The notes under the pieces are model-generated. The model saw only the letters and a program-made list of their open reading frames with translations, had not been told where the DNA came from and made no database searches. Positions 37,491 to 50,270 of a stretch of DNA of 64,000 bases are shown here, one piece after another; position 1 is the stretch's first letter, and each line of letters opens with the position of its first letter. The stretch lies in the NCBI GenBank assembly GCA_012026655.1, contig JAAILG010000019.1, positions 62,001 through 126,000 on the forward strand, written 5' to 3'. This DNA is from Hydrolagus affinis. Its lineage: Eukaryota. The position numbers and the translations under genes are program-made.

Positions 37491-39337
37491 TTGTCAGCAG
37501 AGATTTTTTAGGCGTTTAACCAATGAAAGACTGATTTAATGGCAATCTTTAACTCTGAGCTTTTATTCATTTGGAAACCAGGACTTTTAGAAATGGCTTC
37601 CAGCCAGTAGGGGTTTCAATATTATCCCAAGAGAATTGAATTTTAACTTGTGCTATTATAAGTTTAAATATATAGTTTCAAGTGCTTTCCTCAGTAGTTT
37701 CAAATGCTACCTGACTGCCTTGAATCATTACATCTATTTTAATATCCAATGGGTGGTTTTGGAATGGTGTGTTGCATAAAAATTACATAGGACAGTTAGG
37801 CATCAAATCACAAGAACAATGTAATAGGATTACCTTTTGTGGCACCAGTGTGCTGTTACAATAACATTTCATTTCAAGTCAACAGGTCACCATCCAGCAC
37901 TCCATGTCATTCTGCATTAGTGTTCAGTGGCACAGCTTTCAGAAAATAACCATAGGAACAATGCAATAACTACCGTGGTCCCAATGCATGATAGAGCTCT
38001 TAGAAAAACAAATATTTCCTTGTGTAAGTTAAAGACCCCAAATTTGATAATGTTCCTTGGTATTTTGCATAAATTGTACATTCCTAACACACACAAATGT
38101 GGATCACATATGTAGTAAAGTATAATTACTTTTCTTACCAATTTAATTAAATGCTATACTTCTTTCTGCATGAAGTATGCTTGATTATGGGCAACATAAC
38201 GTACCTGCTATTTTGGGTTTCATTCATCAGGTCAGATAAAATCATATTACCCATTTGGGTTACATTCTGAGCTTTTAAACTTGATTTTAGAGGTTATGAC
38301 AATACTATACTTGTCTTTTTTATTTCTGTAGCCCTAATCTTATTTTTACCTCGATTTTGATCATCTCTTTCATACTTTGTGACCTTAGACTTCTTGTTCC
38401 TCTAGAAACAATTTTTGTTCTGCCCCTAATCTTGCTTGTTCCATGCTTAACGTCTGTTCCTAAAAGACCCCGTTCTCACTTTCCAAGGAGAAAATCGCGT
38501 ATACATGATAATCTCACCTACTCTTCGACCCTAATTTAACCATTGATCTCATGGTTTATCCATGGATCTTGATTCTGTTCCGTCCATCCCATTATTCTTT
38601 TCAGAACTCCGATCTTGCTTTTCCATCTATGCTCTTGTAGCTCTTTTTTGTTTTCTTTGCAGTGGCACATTCACTCTAGATTTTAATTTCACTACCATTG
38701 GGAAACATTACTCATTGAAGAGAAGATTTTCTTCCTTTCTGTCCAAATCACTTCCAACCATTTTGCCAAGATTGAAATCACGAACTTGCCTCATAAGAAA
38801 TTTGCCTTTGAATTCTGGAATGTGGAAGCATGTTATGCTCTTGCCCTGGGATGCTTGGTTAAAAACTGCTGAATTGCGTATTTTTCTGCACAGGAAGGAC
38901 ATCAGTTGCAAAATGGTTATTTATTGGTTGCACTGTCAACAAAACCACAAAATCTTGATGTATGATGATATTCATGATTTTTGGAAGTGATGTACAGTGT
39001 ACAATGTCATTGGTGAATGTCAGAGATTGGACCTGATTGGAATCTCCAAAAGGCTTGTAAATTAAATATGTGGTGAATGTTTAATCTGGCACCTTTTGGG
39101 ACTAACAAACGTAATTACTTTAGAACCAGATATCTATTAAATATTGAGGGACCTCCCTCCTCCATTCTGAAATGACCCATTCTCTGGGACTCACCTGTAG
39201 ATAACGAAGAGAAGTGTAAAGTAAAATAGTACCTGAAATCTATGTTTATAATGTTGATGCGTCTTCCTCCCATCATACTTTAGGGTCACACAAGGAACAG
39301 CAATGTATTACTTTAAACATAAACCATCATATTTTGT

Positions 39338-39615
39338 GATTGAGGGAGAAATCTCCCAGGACATTTTGCTTGAAATAGTGCCATGGATCTTTAATGGGAT
39401 CTTTAACACCCACCTGAACCATTAGATCAAGCTACATGATACTGTGGTTTACCATTTTATCTGAAGGAGAGCAACTCCAACACAGCAGTCCTTCAGCACT
39501 GCACTCAGTACTGTGACTGAAGGCCAGCCTAGGTTATAAATGAAATCTTGGATGTTTGAACCTATGACTATCTTACCCTAAGGTGAAAAGTACTATCAAA
39601 TGGAATCAAACTAAC
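39338..39615 (-). mobile_element. Old Deu-type SINE
   Basis: gaaatagtgccatgg...atctttaacacccacctgaac...atctgaagg...cagtactg...cagcctag...tgaacctatgac; collinear with 43545-43858. Confidence 0.7.
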
Positions 39616-40595
39616 TCACTATTTAAATCAACTAAAATAACACACATATTGGAGAGAATGATTTCTGTAATCTTATGTGTCCTTTAAATTAGTTCTTGAC
39701 TGCTGCGCCAACTGTCAAAGAATAATTCACACATGCGTACTATTGTGTTTATTTTCCACTTGTCTGAATTAACACTCCAGTAGGCAATGTAATTATTGTT
39801 CATTTCCATGGAAATATGTATGAAAACACTTATGATCTGAGAAATGGAAATATAAGAGTCCACATTATCTTATCAATTTAAGAATGTGTTTTGAATGTCT
39901 AATTTATATTCTGTATCGCATTAACTAGTGTTACAGGGATTGTAAATTACTGTATTAAATTGTTGCCTTCCTTAAAGTAAAGCATTTCTATTGATTTTTT
40001 TTTAAAAAAAGGTAAAACCAAAGACTGTTTACCTAAAAGTATTACATAGCAGAAAAATAAACTTTTAAGTGACATGAAGCTGCATGATGGAGAGGTAGTG
40101 GAGCAGAATAAGGATGGGGTTGATGGGCTGTACAGTTCTCATTGGTCTGCAACTTAAAAGGAGCTGAGGGGGTCAGCAGAGTGTTGGAATTATCAAGTCT
40201 ATATACTGTACTATGTTTCAAGGACATAATACACATTCTGGCAACCAGTCCCAACTCAGTATAAATAAATATTTCCTGGTGTTTGTTTTAACTTGCTCTT
40301 CAGAAACCTGAACCTCTGGATTCTTCTTTTACTGACTTGATATATCTGGTATGTATTGTTGGAGTAGCTGTTGCTTTCTGAGAAGCCTTTGTTAACAACA
40401 ACTACAACAACAACTTGCATCTATATAAAACTATTAGATGTGGTAGCATCGTGGAGCACTCAACAATGGTATAAGTTTGACAAGGAGCCAAGAGAAAGGT
40501 ATCCTTGACTTAATATCTCGCCACATTTTAGCGGAATTCACATTACAACTGCCCTCTCTCTTTCATTTTGCAGTTAATAATCTACATCTATATCT

Positions 40596-40655
40596 TGGGA
40601 TGTCCAATCCCAAGATGTGAAAGGCGCTATACAAGTGTAATTTTGTTGTTGTTGT
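40596..40655 (+). mobile_element. L2 extreme 3' tip
   Basis: ttgggatgtcc...gatgtgaaaggcgctatacaagtgtaattttgttgttgttg. Confidence 0.8.
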
Positions 40656-41424
40656 TTTCTTGATACTCATTGAGATAAGTTTATGGAACCTCTACATTGG
40701 TACTTTATTAAACACCTTTTGAGTCTAGGTAAACTGTGGTTGCTTTGGAATGTCACTGCCTAGTCAGTGTTTAGTCAGGCAATCTGAATAATAATGCTTA
40801 ATGAATAAAAGTTGAAAGTGATAGAAATGTAAACTAATAAAACTTTTCTGTCTGATGCATGGAATATTATAAGAGACCAATTTTGCTCCAAAGGATGTAA
40901 TCTCAGCCAAACAAAAAACTTATTCGACTAACACCGTAGATCCAGGTCAACAATGTTTGGTATCCTGATGGCATTAAAAACAAAAAGCAAATGCCATTTC
41001 TAAAAAATTAGTCAAAGTGTCTCGACCTATAATAGTGGCCGAATAAGTTAACTCCTTCCTGGCACTCACGGGGTTAACACACCTTGTGTTGCTGATGGCA
41101 AACAAAAGAGAATTGTGGGAAAATCGATAAAAACAAATAAGTGAATATTTGGTTGATGTTATGAAAATGATTCTGGGGATAGCATAAAATTGGATATTTA
41201 ATTCAGCTAGATTTCATGCTGGGGTTTTCCATATCACTCAAATTGATTTTCCTTTGCAAAAACTGCATGTTTATCCAGAAATGATGCAAATTTTATGAAT
41301 CTGCTCTGGTACTCAAACAGGAATGAGATTTCCTAAATGTAGAATTGTGGATGAATTAGGTGCTAGCTATTCTCATAGTTTAGAAATAAAAATCCTAATC
41401 ATTGGGGAAACAAAACATGAAGAT

Positions 41425-41582
41425 GGAGTCCTGTAGCTCAGTCATTAGAGCACTCGCCTTGCAAGCAAGAGACCAGGGTTCAATTCCAGCCAGGGCAAAA
41501 CCCTGGGCAAGTTTCCTTACTCCACCCGCCTAATATATCTAGAAGACATTAAAAGCGCTAAATCAAATGCAAGGATTATTTT
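41425..41582 (+). mobile_element. Young tRNA-Ala-derived SINE, internally deleted
   Basis: Head ggagtcctgtagctcag...cttgcaag...ggttcaattcc...caagtttccttactccac joined directly to ctagaagac...aaatgcaaggattatt. Confidence 0.85.
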
Positions 41583-42264
41583 TATAATGGGTCATGGGGC
41601 ACATATTTAAAAATCTAGTTGAGATTACTATAGAAATTCATTGCAAATTATCTCGGATTCTGAATGTAAACCCTCCTGTTGCATCCAGTGGAAACATTAA
41701 GCCACTTTTCTTCTGGTATGTTCTGGCTCACAATTGTCTGCAGTTCTAGTCCCAGTTGTGAAAGAGCACCCTCTGGTGTACTACATAACTTCTATTCTTA
41801 TATAAAACTGGTGACTCCAGAACTGAGGTTGCCTTTTAGTGTACACTATGAATTTGTCATAAGGAGGAGGGGAGTGGGACATTGACAGCAAATTTCACAT
41901 GGAACCTTCAATAATCCTAGCCAAAGGTAGATTCTCACAGGCAAAATACAGAGGACTTCATTCATTGCACCACATCTAATAATAATCCTTGCATTTGATA
42001 ATCCTTGCATTTTAGATATACATGTAATGCCTTAAAACAGTTGAGTGTAAGTTGCAGCACATATTCTAAGCCATTTAAAATTACACCTTTTCTCTAAAGA
42101 GAAGGTAAATGTTTCTGATGGGATTAATTGCTTGCTCTTCAATTGACGGTAAAATATATTTTTTAAAAACGTTATTTAAAGGGATTTGTTCAGAACACAT
42201 TGGTGCCAGGTAGTGATGACCCAGTTGGTGAAACTATTGCCTCAGATGAAACTGAGTCACTTAA

Positions 42265-42520
42265 ATTCGAAGTCCCAGAATACATTTCTGATCTGTGGTG
42301 AGTAGCAACAATTGATTCAGTTGATCAAAATCCATTATGTGGATGTTGAGTAACTAGGATTGGGCTCAACTGTGATGTTCCCCTATCTATAATAGAAGGC
42401 TGTCCCTGACTGTCTGGACTCAATTCTGAAGCCTCCTTGGTGAGGTATTTGAAAAGGTGTCCCATGGAAATGAACCCCATCATAAATTAGGATACATTTC
42501 AGGAGAGAGCACAGAGAAAA
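42265..42520 (+). mobile_element. Old unassigned SINE-like repeat
   Basis: ctgatctgtggtgag...acaattg and gtggatgttgag...ggattgggctcaactgtgatg resemble 52738-52930. Confidence 0.45.
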
Positions 42521-43465
42521 ACCTTCAAATCAATGTGTGTATGTTTGTGTATAGTAATATATATGTAAGCCCCCTTTTGTACAGTACATAGGGCCATATG
42601 TAGTTGAACTGTTTCTATAAATCTTTATTTGAAGGGAACCTGTCCTTGGGTACTGATATATTTTCCTTCAGTGCAGACAGAAAACGCTTGCTTTATAGAA
42701 CAGGTTGCTTGCCTTTCATATTATTGGTTTATATGGCACAACTAATAAGTATACGTGAATGGGAATATATTCGTGTTTTTAATGTAAAACACCTGTGTTC
42801 TATAAATCAAATGCAGCTTATTTTTGAAAACAAGTGGTTTAATCTATGAAGCAAAGAGAATTGATACATTATTGAAGAGAATGCAAAATGGACAACCATT
42901 ATTGATGTATGAACCCAGAATGGGCATTGAGTTGCTCTGTGGATGTACAGATTTGGAAGTCCTGTACTGTAGTAGTTTATATGAATACTGTACCCTATTG
43001 TAGAAAAAACATACTACAACAACATTTGCATTGCGCCCTTCATGCGGGTTGTGTTTCGGAGCCCTTAGTTTAGCAACTTATCAAGAAATATAGAAACATT
43101 CATTTGGGTTAAATTATTTAAAAAAAACATTTCTGTTTGGTATATACACAATATATGTATGCATTTGGAATGTATTCCACAAGAATCCATTACCTAGAAT
43201 CAATAGAGCAAGACTGCTCCGCATCTACTTGTGAAATGCTTGTCTCCGAGACTGAAAGCAGAAGCCTATCAACTTTCAAACTAAACTGTGCAGCAAGTTG
43301 TTCACTTACCCATATCTTTTAAAGTACTCCCTAATTTACAAGTGATCTGAATTTTTTTTAATTGAAGGCTTCTTTGATTGTATTTTGCCAACTTTAAGGT
43401 AAGCAACATTTTGTGAACATATGAAATTACATCAAATACATTTAATATAATTGATTAAATAGATT

Positions 43466-43535
43466 AACAACAAAACAACAACAAAATCGCACTTATAAAG
43501 CACCTTTCACGTCAGGAGGATGTCCCAAAGCGCTG
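43466..43535 (-). mobile_element. L2 extreme 3' tip
   Basis: aacaacaaaatcgcacttataaagcacctttcacgtcaggaggatgtcccaaagcgctg. Confidence 0.8.
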
Positions 43536-43544
43536 AAATTAAGA

Positions 43545-43858
43545 TATTTGCCAATTTGCATGCAACAATTTCCCACAAACAGTCATGAAACAAATAACCA
43601 ATATTATCTTACGGAACATTGGCCAGAAGACAGAGAGAGAAACTCTGTTCTCTTTTCAAGTAGTGCCATGGAATCTGAACAGACAGGCAGGGAGTCAGTT
43701 TAATGCCTTATCTGAAGAATAGTACCTCTGACAATACAGAGCCTACCCAGCACTGACTGGAGTGTCAACCTAGAATATGTGAGTTCAAAGTGCTGACATT
43801 GGACTTTAACTCACAATCTTTTAACTCAGAGGCTAACAACTGAGCTAGACTGTCACCA
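43545..43858 (-). mobile_element. Old Deu-type SINE
   Basis: gccaatttgc...tcccacaaacag...cattggccag...agtagtgccatgg...gagtgtcaacctag...actgagctagactgtcacc. Confidence 0.7.
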
Positions 43859-44736
43859 GCTCTTGTCCCCTTATATTATAGAAATGTATTCACCAATCCA
43901 TTCATAAGTCTCAGTGGGATGGTTTGTGGCAATTTACTGGTCATCTGAAGAGGATGTTATTGGAGAGAGACACTCCTCCGTGTTTGGGATTGGATAGCAA
44001 ATATTGAATGTGCAATGGGAGCCACAGTCATTGTTTCAAAGATTTATTTGATTGCAATTTTGATCTTAATTTTAAATATAAAATACATTTCAACTCTCTG
44101 GTGTCACACCAGAAGTTATGTAGGCAATGAGTCAATTATGTGCATATAATCTAGAACTAGAGAAACTATTATTATTATTTGTACTTCCAATTGGAATTTA
44201 ACCAATAGTAATTCTTGTTCATTGCAGAAATAATGGCTATAGTTTATGAACTGTACACAGTGTTACACTATTGTCCCTATCTATTTAAAGATCATCTCTT
44301 ATGCAGAAATAGACATTCAATTGATAAAGCATTATTTGAGGTTAGCAGATACTATTTTGTTCGGGTTTACATACAGTATTTTGATAAAAGATGCCATTTG
44401 AAAAAATTGTAATGGTTTGGGGTCTTTGCCTGAAATAACCACTTCAGGTTTTGCCCCAGTATTTTATTTGAAACCCTTGTCTATATGTTGTGATAAATAA
44501 TAGTATACACTACTGTATTTGAATTGCAAATTCGGATAAAGAGCAGATAGAGCCCTAAAATGGTATTGCATTTCTCGGTCTATTTTCAACTGCTGTAATG
44601 TTATGAAAAACATGCAGAGGATCAGCGGAGCAAATGTTTATTGTTCCACTCTATAATCCACCATTCTTGACACATGCATTCATGGTAAGCTATTCTAACT
44701 AAAATCTATTTTATAGTTCTCTTAGAATGTTGGATT

Positions 44737-44891
44737 ATTCAATTCACTTTACAGTATATTCTGTGAAGCGCTTTGAGACGGCTTGAAGTTGTGAAAAGCA
44801 CTATATCAAAGGCAAGGATTATCAATCAAATCAATCAAAACTTACATTTATATAGCGCCTTTCACGTCGAGAGGACGTCCCATTATTATTA
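44737..44891 (+). mobile_element. Young SINE 3' end with an inverted L2-type tip (44821-44881) inside its (ATT)n tail
   Basis: ...ggcaaggatt|atcaatcaaatcaatcaaaacttacatttatatagcgcctttcacgtcgagaggacgtccc|attattatt. Confidence 0.8.
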
Positions 44892-45134
44892 TATGCATTT
44901 AAATATACTGTGTGAAGATACAACCTGCACTGTTGTTCTAGAATAGTTCTGTACTTAATCTATTTAGTCTGTAAATGGGTTGCAACATGCAGTACATTGA
45001 ATTGCAGTCAACACAAAATAAGTATTTTTCAGTAAATCAAGAGAAAATAAAGAAGAGCTTATTGTTTTAAATCACAATGTTTTTGTTGTAAGACAAAAAA
45101 TGTCAGAAGAAACATCTACATTTTTGGCAGCTAT

Positions 45135-45400
45135 AAATCTGGCTCAGTTAGTAGTAATCTCACCTCTGTGTCAAAACGTTGTGGATTGAAGACCAAACAT
45201 GACGGTAATTTTATAATCTGGGCTGAAAGCAGAAGTTACTGTATCACTTGAGGTACTATCTTTATGAAGGAGTGCTAAACTGAATTCTGGCAGCCCTTTG
45301 AGGTAAATAGTGAAGATCATATTGTGAAAGTGCTCAGGCCAATATTCCACCCAATTCCAAATTAATCAAAAACATTTAAATTGGTCTTTTACAACTTAAC
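45135..45400 (+). mobile_element. Old Deu-type SINE
   Basis: tggctcagttagtagtaatctcacctctg head; ataatctgggctga; gaggtactatcttt; ggccaatattccacc. Confidence 0.55.
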
Positions 45401-48400
45401 AGCTGTGCTGGTGTCATGCATATCTGTCTGAAATCCCTTTCAAATAGGGTTCCCAGAATTACACCCAATATTCTGAATATTACCGTACAAGTGATTTCTA
45501 CAAGATGGAATAATTTTTCAATTTTGTCCTAAAGTGTCTGTGGTATACATGGGGAAAAAGGCAAATGATTAAACTGATACCCAAATTATTTTGCTTTATG
45601 TTTATTGTTTCCTGTTAGAGTATACATTATCTGCACTTATCTACATACGAATGTATTTGCCTTGGCATTGTCTTATTTCATCAAGATCTGTTTAAATTCC
45701 ATTGCATTATAAGTGGAAATAATCAATGCTTACCTCCAAATTTATAAGTTGCTCCAAGAATATTGTTTGGTTTGTTAAAGCACTAAAATATGTAATGATT
45801 TACATCAAGTGTTTGAACACTTAAATTAAAAGATTAATAGCTTTTGGGGGTTATTTTACATTAATAACTATGCAAAAAATTTAATGACACATGGATATAA
45901 ACCAAAACATTACAATGTATACTGAGCACAATGTCTAAAGAACAGAATAGTTCGAGATTGTTTATTTTTACCACATACTCACATCATAACAATGTTTTTA
46001 GTGCATAATGACATCTGTAATGTAGCATGAAGATGGATTTCAGTTGTCTGCTTTGTTAAGCGAGCAATAACATGTAGTTAAACTGTACCTATAGGGCAGA
46101 TGAGTTTTATTTCAATAATCCACACTTAATCTGGAAAGGTTGGAATGCATTGGAAGATGCATATTGCATTTCTAAAAATGCTTTTAAATGAAGCAGTAAA
46201 TTTACAATTTCTACTAATTATACATGTATTTTCTATAATAGAAATATCAAGCCATAAGCGAAACAGAATTATCCTGCACCACAAGGAACAATTCCAGGAT
46301 ATTCATTCAGGCACTAGTTTACTAGATTCCACTGCCAACTTTTCACACTTAATTCTTTGTGTTAAACTGACAGCATTCTTTTTTTTCACAAACATCTATT
46401 GTTAGGACAATGATCCCAAGCAGAATTTATGAGAAATGGAATTATGTTACCAAGGAGATAGCATTTACTATAATGAAGAGTAGATCCCAGAAAATGGCCT
46501 CTTTTACTGCAGCTCAGAGCAGAGCCACAAAAGCAATTGATTGGTCTTGGCATTTAGTCTTATATCAGCTGTGTCATCCATGGCTTCAGGAGAGGGAACA
46601 CTAATCTAAAGTGACATATGTGTTCTGGCGGGCTTTTCTTTCCCTGATGAAAGCAATTACTCCATTCCTAAATGATAATTTGCTGGAGTTTCAGCCAGTT
46701 TAATTGATAATTTTTTTGTGCTCAGAAGTTCAATTGTCGAGTGATTAGTTGAACTGGTGAATAAAAATCCATAGTGTCAAAATACAAAAGTAGTTTCACC
46801 TTGACAGTGCATTAACTTATCGCTCTTAAAATATGGTGCTTTCCTTAAAACTCATTGCATTTTATTCACTAGAAAGGTATTTGGGAGATAAACGGTGTCA
46901 GGGTAATATACCAGAGTAACTGTTTTCAATACTGAAATGTTTAAATGTACTGTACAAACAAAAAGAATGGTCAAACATCGTATAAATCTTGTAGCTCTGA
47001 ACTTAACGTGAGTTTGTGGACCAATTTAATTGTTGCCTTTGTGTCATACTTTAGATCCAAACATGTATTACAGCTGATGCCATACATTGTTTCTGCATCA
47101 GCCCATCTATTGGTGCAGTTTTACTGATGCGTGCCAGAATGATATGCAACAGGAGGCTTTTACTTTCATGTGAAAGTAAAATTTTGTTTAATTTCAGAAT
47201 GGTGTTGTTTTAGATGTGTACAACTTCATGTATTTGCGCAAGGCAACTGAAAGTCCTTAAAGCTATTATTTGTTCAGGAGGTAATGTTAAGATCTTTAAA
47301 TTCTCCAAACAACATAACACACAAATAATATTGCACATTATCACTGGTTCTATTACAATATGGAAGTGAAATGCATTTTTTCCCACACTCTGCAAGTGAG
47401 AGAATAATTTACTTTTACCATTGTTGTAATTCTGCTATAAATCAAGGGGACTGGATAGTGGCAGGGATATACAATGCTGTGACTCAATCAAATAGATTAT
47501 GAATGGCGTCAGAACTCTGAAACTTGTGCAAGCTCATTGCCGGCTGTTCATAACGTGCTTTATTTAAGTATGGCTTGTTTCCCTTGTGCTTGCTATACTA
47601 AACAGTTTAACAAGACGAGTGAAACATTACTGAAATGAAAGCTGCTGCATAATTTTTTTTGCCACACTGAAGGCATCATATGTGCAATATAAAAATTTAG
47701 GAGCAAATTTTCTGCTATCAGTTTGCACCGCTTAGAATTCTAAAGTCGAAAGCTACACTATGGACTGCGACAGAAAATTGGCTGCAATGGATTTCTCATT
47801 GTTCTTTCTCTTGTGCGCAAAGTCTGCAAACTTCACATGCATTGAGTTCTCAATCTTTCATTCAGAGAGAAAAATACAAAAACGGTACTGGTGTGGTGAG
47901 GAGTGGTTTCAGGCTAAGTCAGTTTCAGGATCTGACACTATTCATAAACCGTTTGATTGAATTGAACCCTTGTAACTCACTGTCACAATCTGGTCCTCTT
48001 GATTTATACTGTAAGTATGACATCTGTGAGATGTATGGCTTTCTCACATATGTTTAAGAGTCAAGATCCTTGTTTGTGTCTAAATTAATAGCCAGTCTTT
48101 TTATTCTTAAATTGAACATTTATATATTAATACATTTATATGTTGGGTTCTGTTCATATTCTTTTCATACTGTGCTTAAGAGATTTTATAATTTACATAT
48201 ATGGACTGACTGTACTGGCCAGATTGTTTGTGCTTCAGTGGCATCGTATAAGGAGATATTGAAGCGAATTGTCAGCTGTGGTTTTGTGGATTGTAGGTCG
48301 GATCCCGCTGTAGGCTTCAAGGGAAAGATGTTATTTTCCACTGGTCAGATAGCCTCCTTTTCTTAGGATTTATTGTTATCATGTTGTGGAGAACTCTAGA

Positions 48401-49524
48401 AACTGAGCAGGATCTGGAGTTGATTTCAAAGTGTGTCACGATCTTGGCAGCCTTTTGAATTGCTCATTAAAGTGGGTGGCTGTTTGGGAACACAGAACTA
48501 CAAGAAGTGTGCCCTTTTGATGTCATTAACCTCCAGCATTCCCCTGTCACATAGTGCTGGAATTTAAGGAGCCTACGTGGGAATATGTTTGGTAGTATGA
48601 TGTTGCATTTTCTTTCCAAAATTATATAACTGCTGAGGATTTGCCTCCATACTGCTTCCCATTCTATTTCCATTATCTAGCAGACTTTGTCTCAGTCTCT
48701 TTCAAGCTTTCTGTGCAAATAAGCCACATATACAGGATAGAGATGGGTCTAACTACTCTTCATAGATGCTGGGGAGAGAAATCTTTGCATTTAATTTGTG
48801 CTAGAATCTGGAGGCAATGAAACTTGTCAACTTAGCGTGTCACGGGTGTTTACCGATACTGTATTTTGTATGCTGCTATAGCAATATATGGATACCAGGT
48901 GTTTATTGCCAGGGTAACAGGAGGGGTTAGCCCTTTCCATTGCCATGTCATTCTTTGAATTTTTCAATCCTAATTTGAAAAGATTGTTCCTCCATCTTTA
49001 ATTTTCTCTTGTGCGATTCACTATTCCTTGGGTCAGATGGCTGAGTGTAGAGAGGGGGCCTTGTTTTTTTGGCACCATTGCCTTTTTTGTGTTTATTAGG
49101 AGGTAAATGAGAATAATTGTCAACCTTTTCATATTCTCTCCCTCTCTTTCTCTCTTCCTTCTTCTTTATGAGGTATTGAAATTTAATTCAGTTCCTTCAG
49201 CATGGCCGTAAATTGGTCCACCTGAAACTGTGAGCAACAAAATCCATGTCTTTTCAGCTTCAAACACATTTTATAGGAGCAACATTCATCAATCAATCAA
49301 TCAATCAATCAAAGCTGTTAAAATACATGTATACATTATTGTCTCTAACTGCAAAGGTGTTTTCCACTTTAATTTTTGATATAATCTTGTTCAGAGAAAT
49401 GGAAGGAGTCTTTGAACCGCCTCTCTTAACCAAAGATAACCAAAGATTTGCAATTTAGTTACTTTCTGTTTAGCTGATGATTATCATCCTCAAAAAGAAA
49501 CACATTTTATTTTTTAGTTTTTAG

Positions 49525-49584
49525 CTGGGGCATGGGCAGAGCCATTTTTTTAAACTGGGGCATGGGCAGAGCCATTTTTTTAAA
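49525..49584. repeat. Perfect 30-bp tandem duplication
   Basis: ctggggcatgggcagagccatttttttaaa twice. Confidence 0.95.
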
Positions 49585-49619
49585 CCAGTGTTGAATTTTT
49601 GCTTTTTACATCAGTAGCA

Positions 49620-49652
49620 CTCATGTCAGTGTTTTCTTTCTTTTCCCCTCAG
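49620..49652 (+). promoter_or_regulatory. 3' splice site: candidate branch point, polypyrimidine tract and AG
   Basis: ctcAt (A at 49623, position -30), then ttttctttcttttcccctcag. Confidence 0.85.
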
Positions 49653-49897
49653 TTTACAAGCCTTGCGAAAGGAAAAGTCTCGAGATGCTGCTCGATCTCG
49701 CCGGGGAAAGGAAAACTTTGAATTTTATGAATTGGCAAAATTGCTCCCCCTCCCAGCAGCCATCACAAGTCAGTTAGACAAGGCATCAATCATCCGACTC
49801 ACCATTAGTTACCTGAAAATGAGGGATTTTGCCAACCTAGGTGACCCTCCCTGGAACTTGAGGATGGAAGGACCCCCACCGAATATTTCTGTGAAAG
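49653..49897 (+). CDS. NPAS3: Internal coding exon of neuronal PAS domain protein 3 (bHLH domain), 245 bp, phase 2 to phase 1
   Basis: [81 protein letters not shown], nearly identical to vertebrate NPAS3 as recalled; bounded by cctcag| and |gtaaga. The ORF-track extension after VK is intron read-through. Confidence 0.95.
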
Positions 49898-49903
49898 GTA
49901 AGA
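49898..49903 (+). promoter_or_regulatory. 5' splice donor
   Basis: AAG|gtaaga, strong consensus match. Confidence 0.9.
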
Positions 49904-50064
49904 AAATAATTTGTTTAGAATACTTTTACTATTCATGTGCATATGCTATAAACATGGTCATTTATTTACCTCAAGATCTGAAAACAGTTTGTGCAAATGC
50001 ATTGTATTCATTCTGGTTAGCAAAGATCAATACTTTACTTGATTTTTAGTCTTAAAACTACAGA

Positions 50065-50270
50065 CCTTTATAGCAGGGAAGAAGGGCATTCAGTTCATCG
50101 TGTCTGTGCTGGCTATTTGAAATGATCCATTACCATATTTACCTGCCTTTTCCCTATACTCCTGCAACTAACATCTTTTTAGATTTCTATCTATCTAATT
50201 CCCTCTTGAAAGCGAATATAAATCCTATCTCGACCACTCAATAGCCATTTAGTAGAATGTCATGTCTTAA
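50065..50270 (-). mobile_element. CR1 3' end
   Basis: gaagggcattcagttcatcgtgtctgtgctggct...ccttttccctatactcc...tatctaattccctcttgaaag. Confidence 0.65.

Noticed and set aside
47446-47470. ggggactggat resembling the start of LF-SINE
   Set aside because: Similarity stops after ~11 nt; no B box or body.
47702-47783. 13-bp imperfect inverted repeat (agcaaattttctg / cagaaaattggct), possible MITE relic
   Set aside because: Short, AT-rich, no TSD and no clear second copy.
1-49652. Upstream NPAS3 exons (first exon MAPTKPSF..., optional short second exon)
   Set aside because: Not found by eye or in the ORF track, and no CpG-island promoter is evident. A short exon could have been missed; spliced alignment would settle it.
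49898-50049. C-terminal part of ORF 49663..50049 (GKKIICLEY...)
   Set aside because: Lies after a consensus gtaaga donor and loses NPAS3 similarity; intron read-through. The TTG start is also not a real start.
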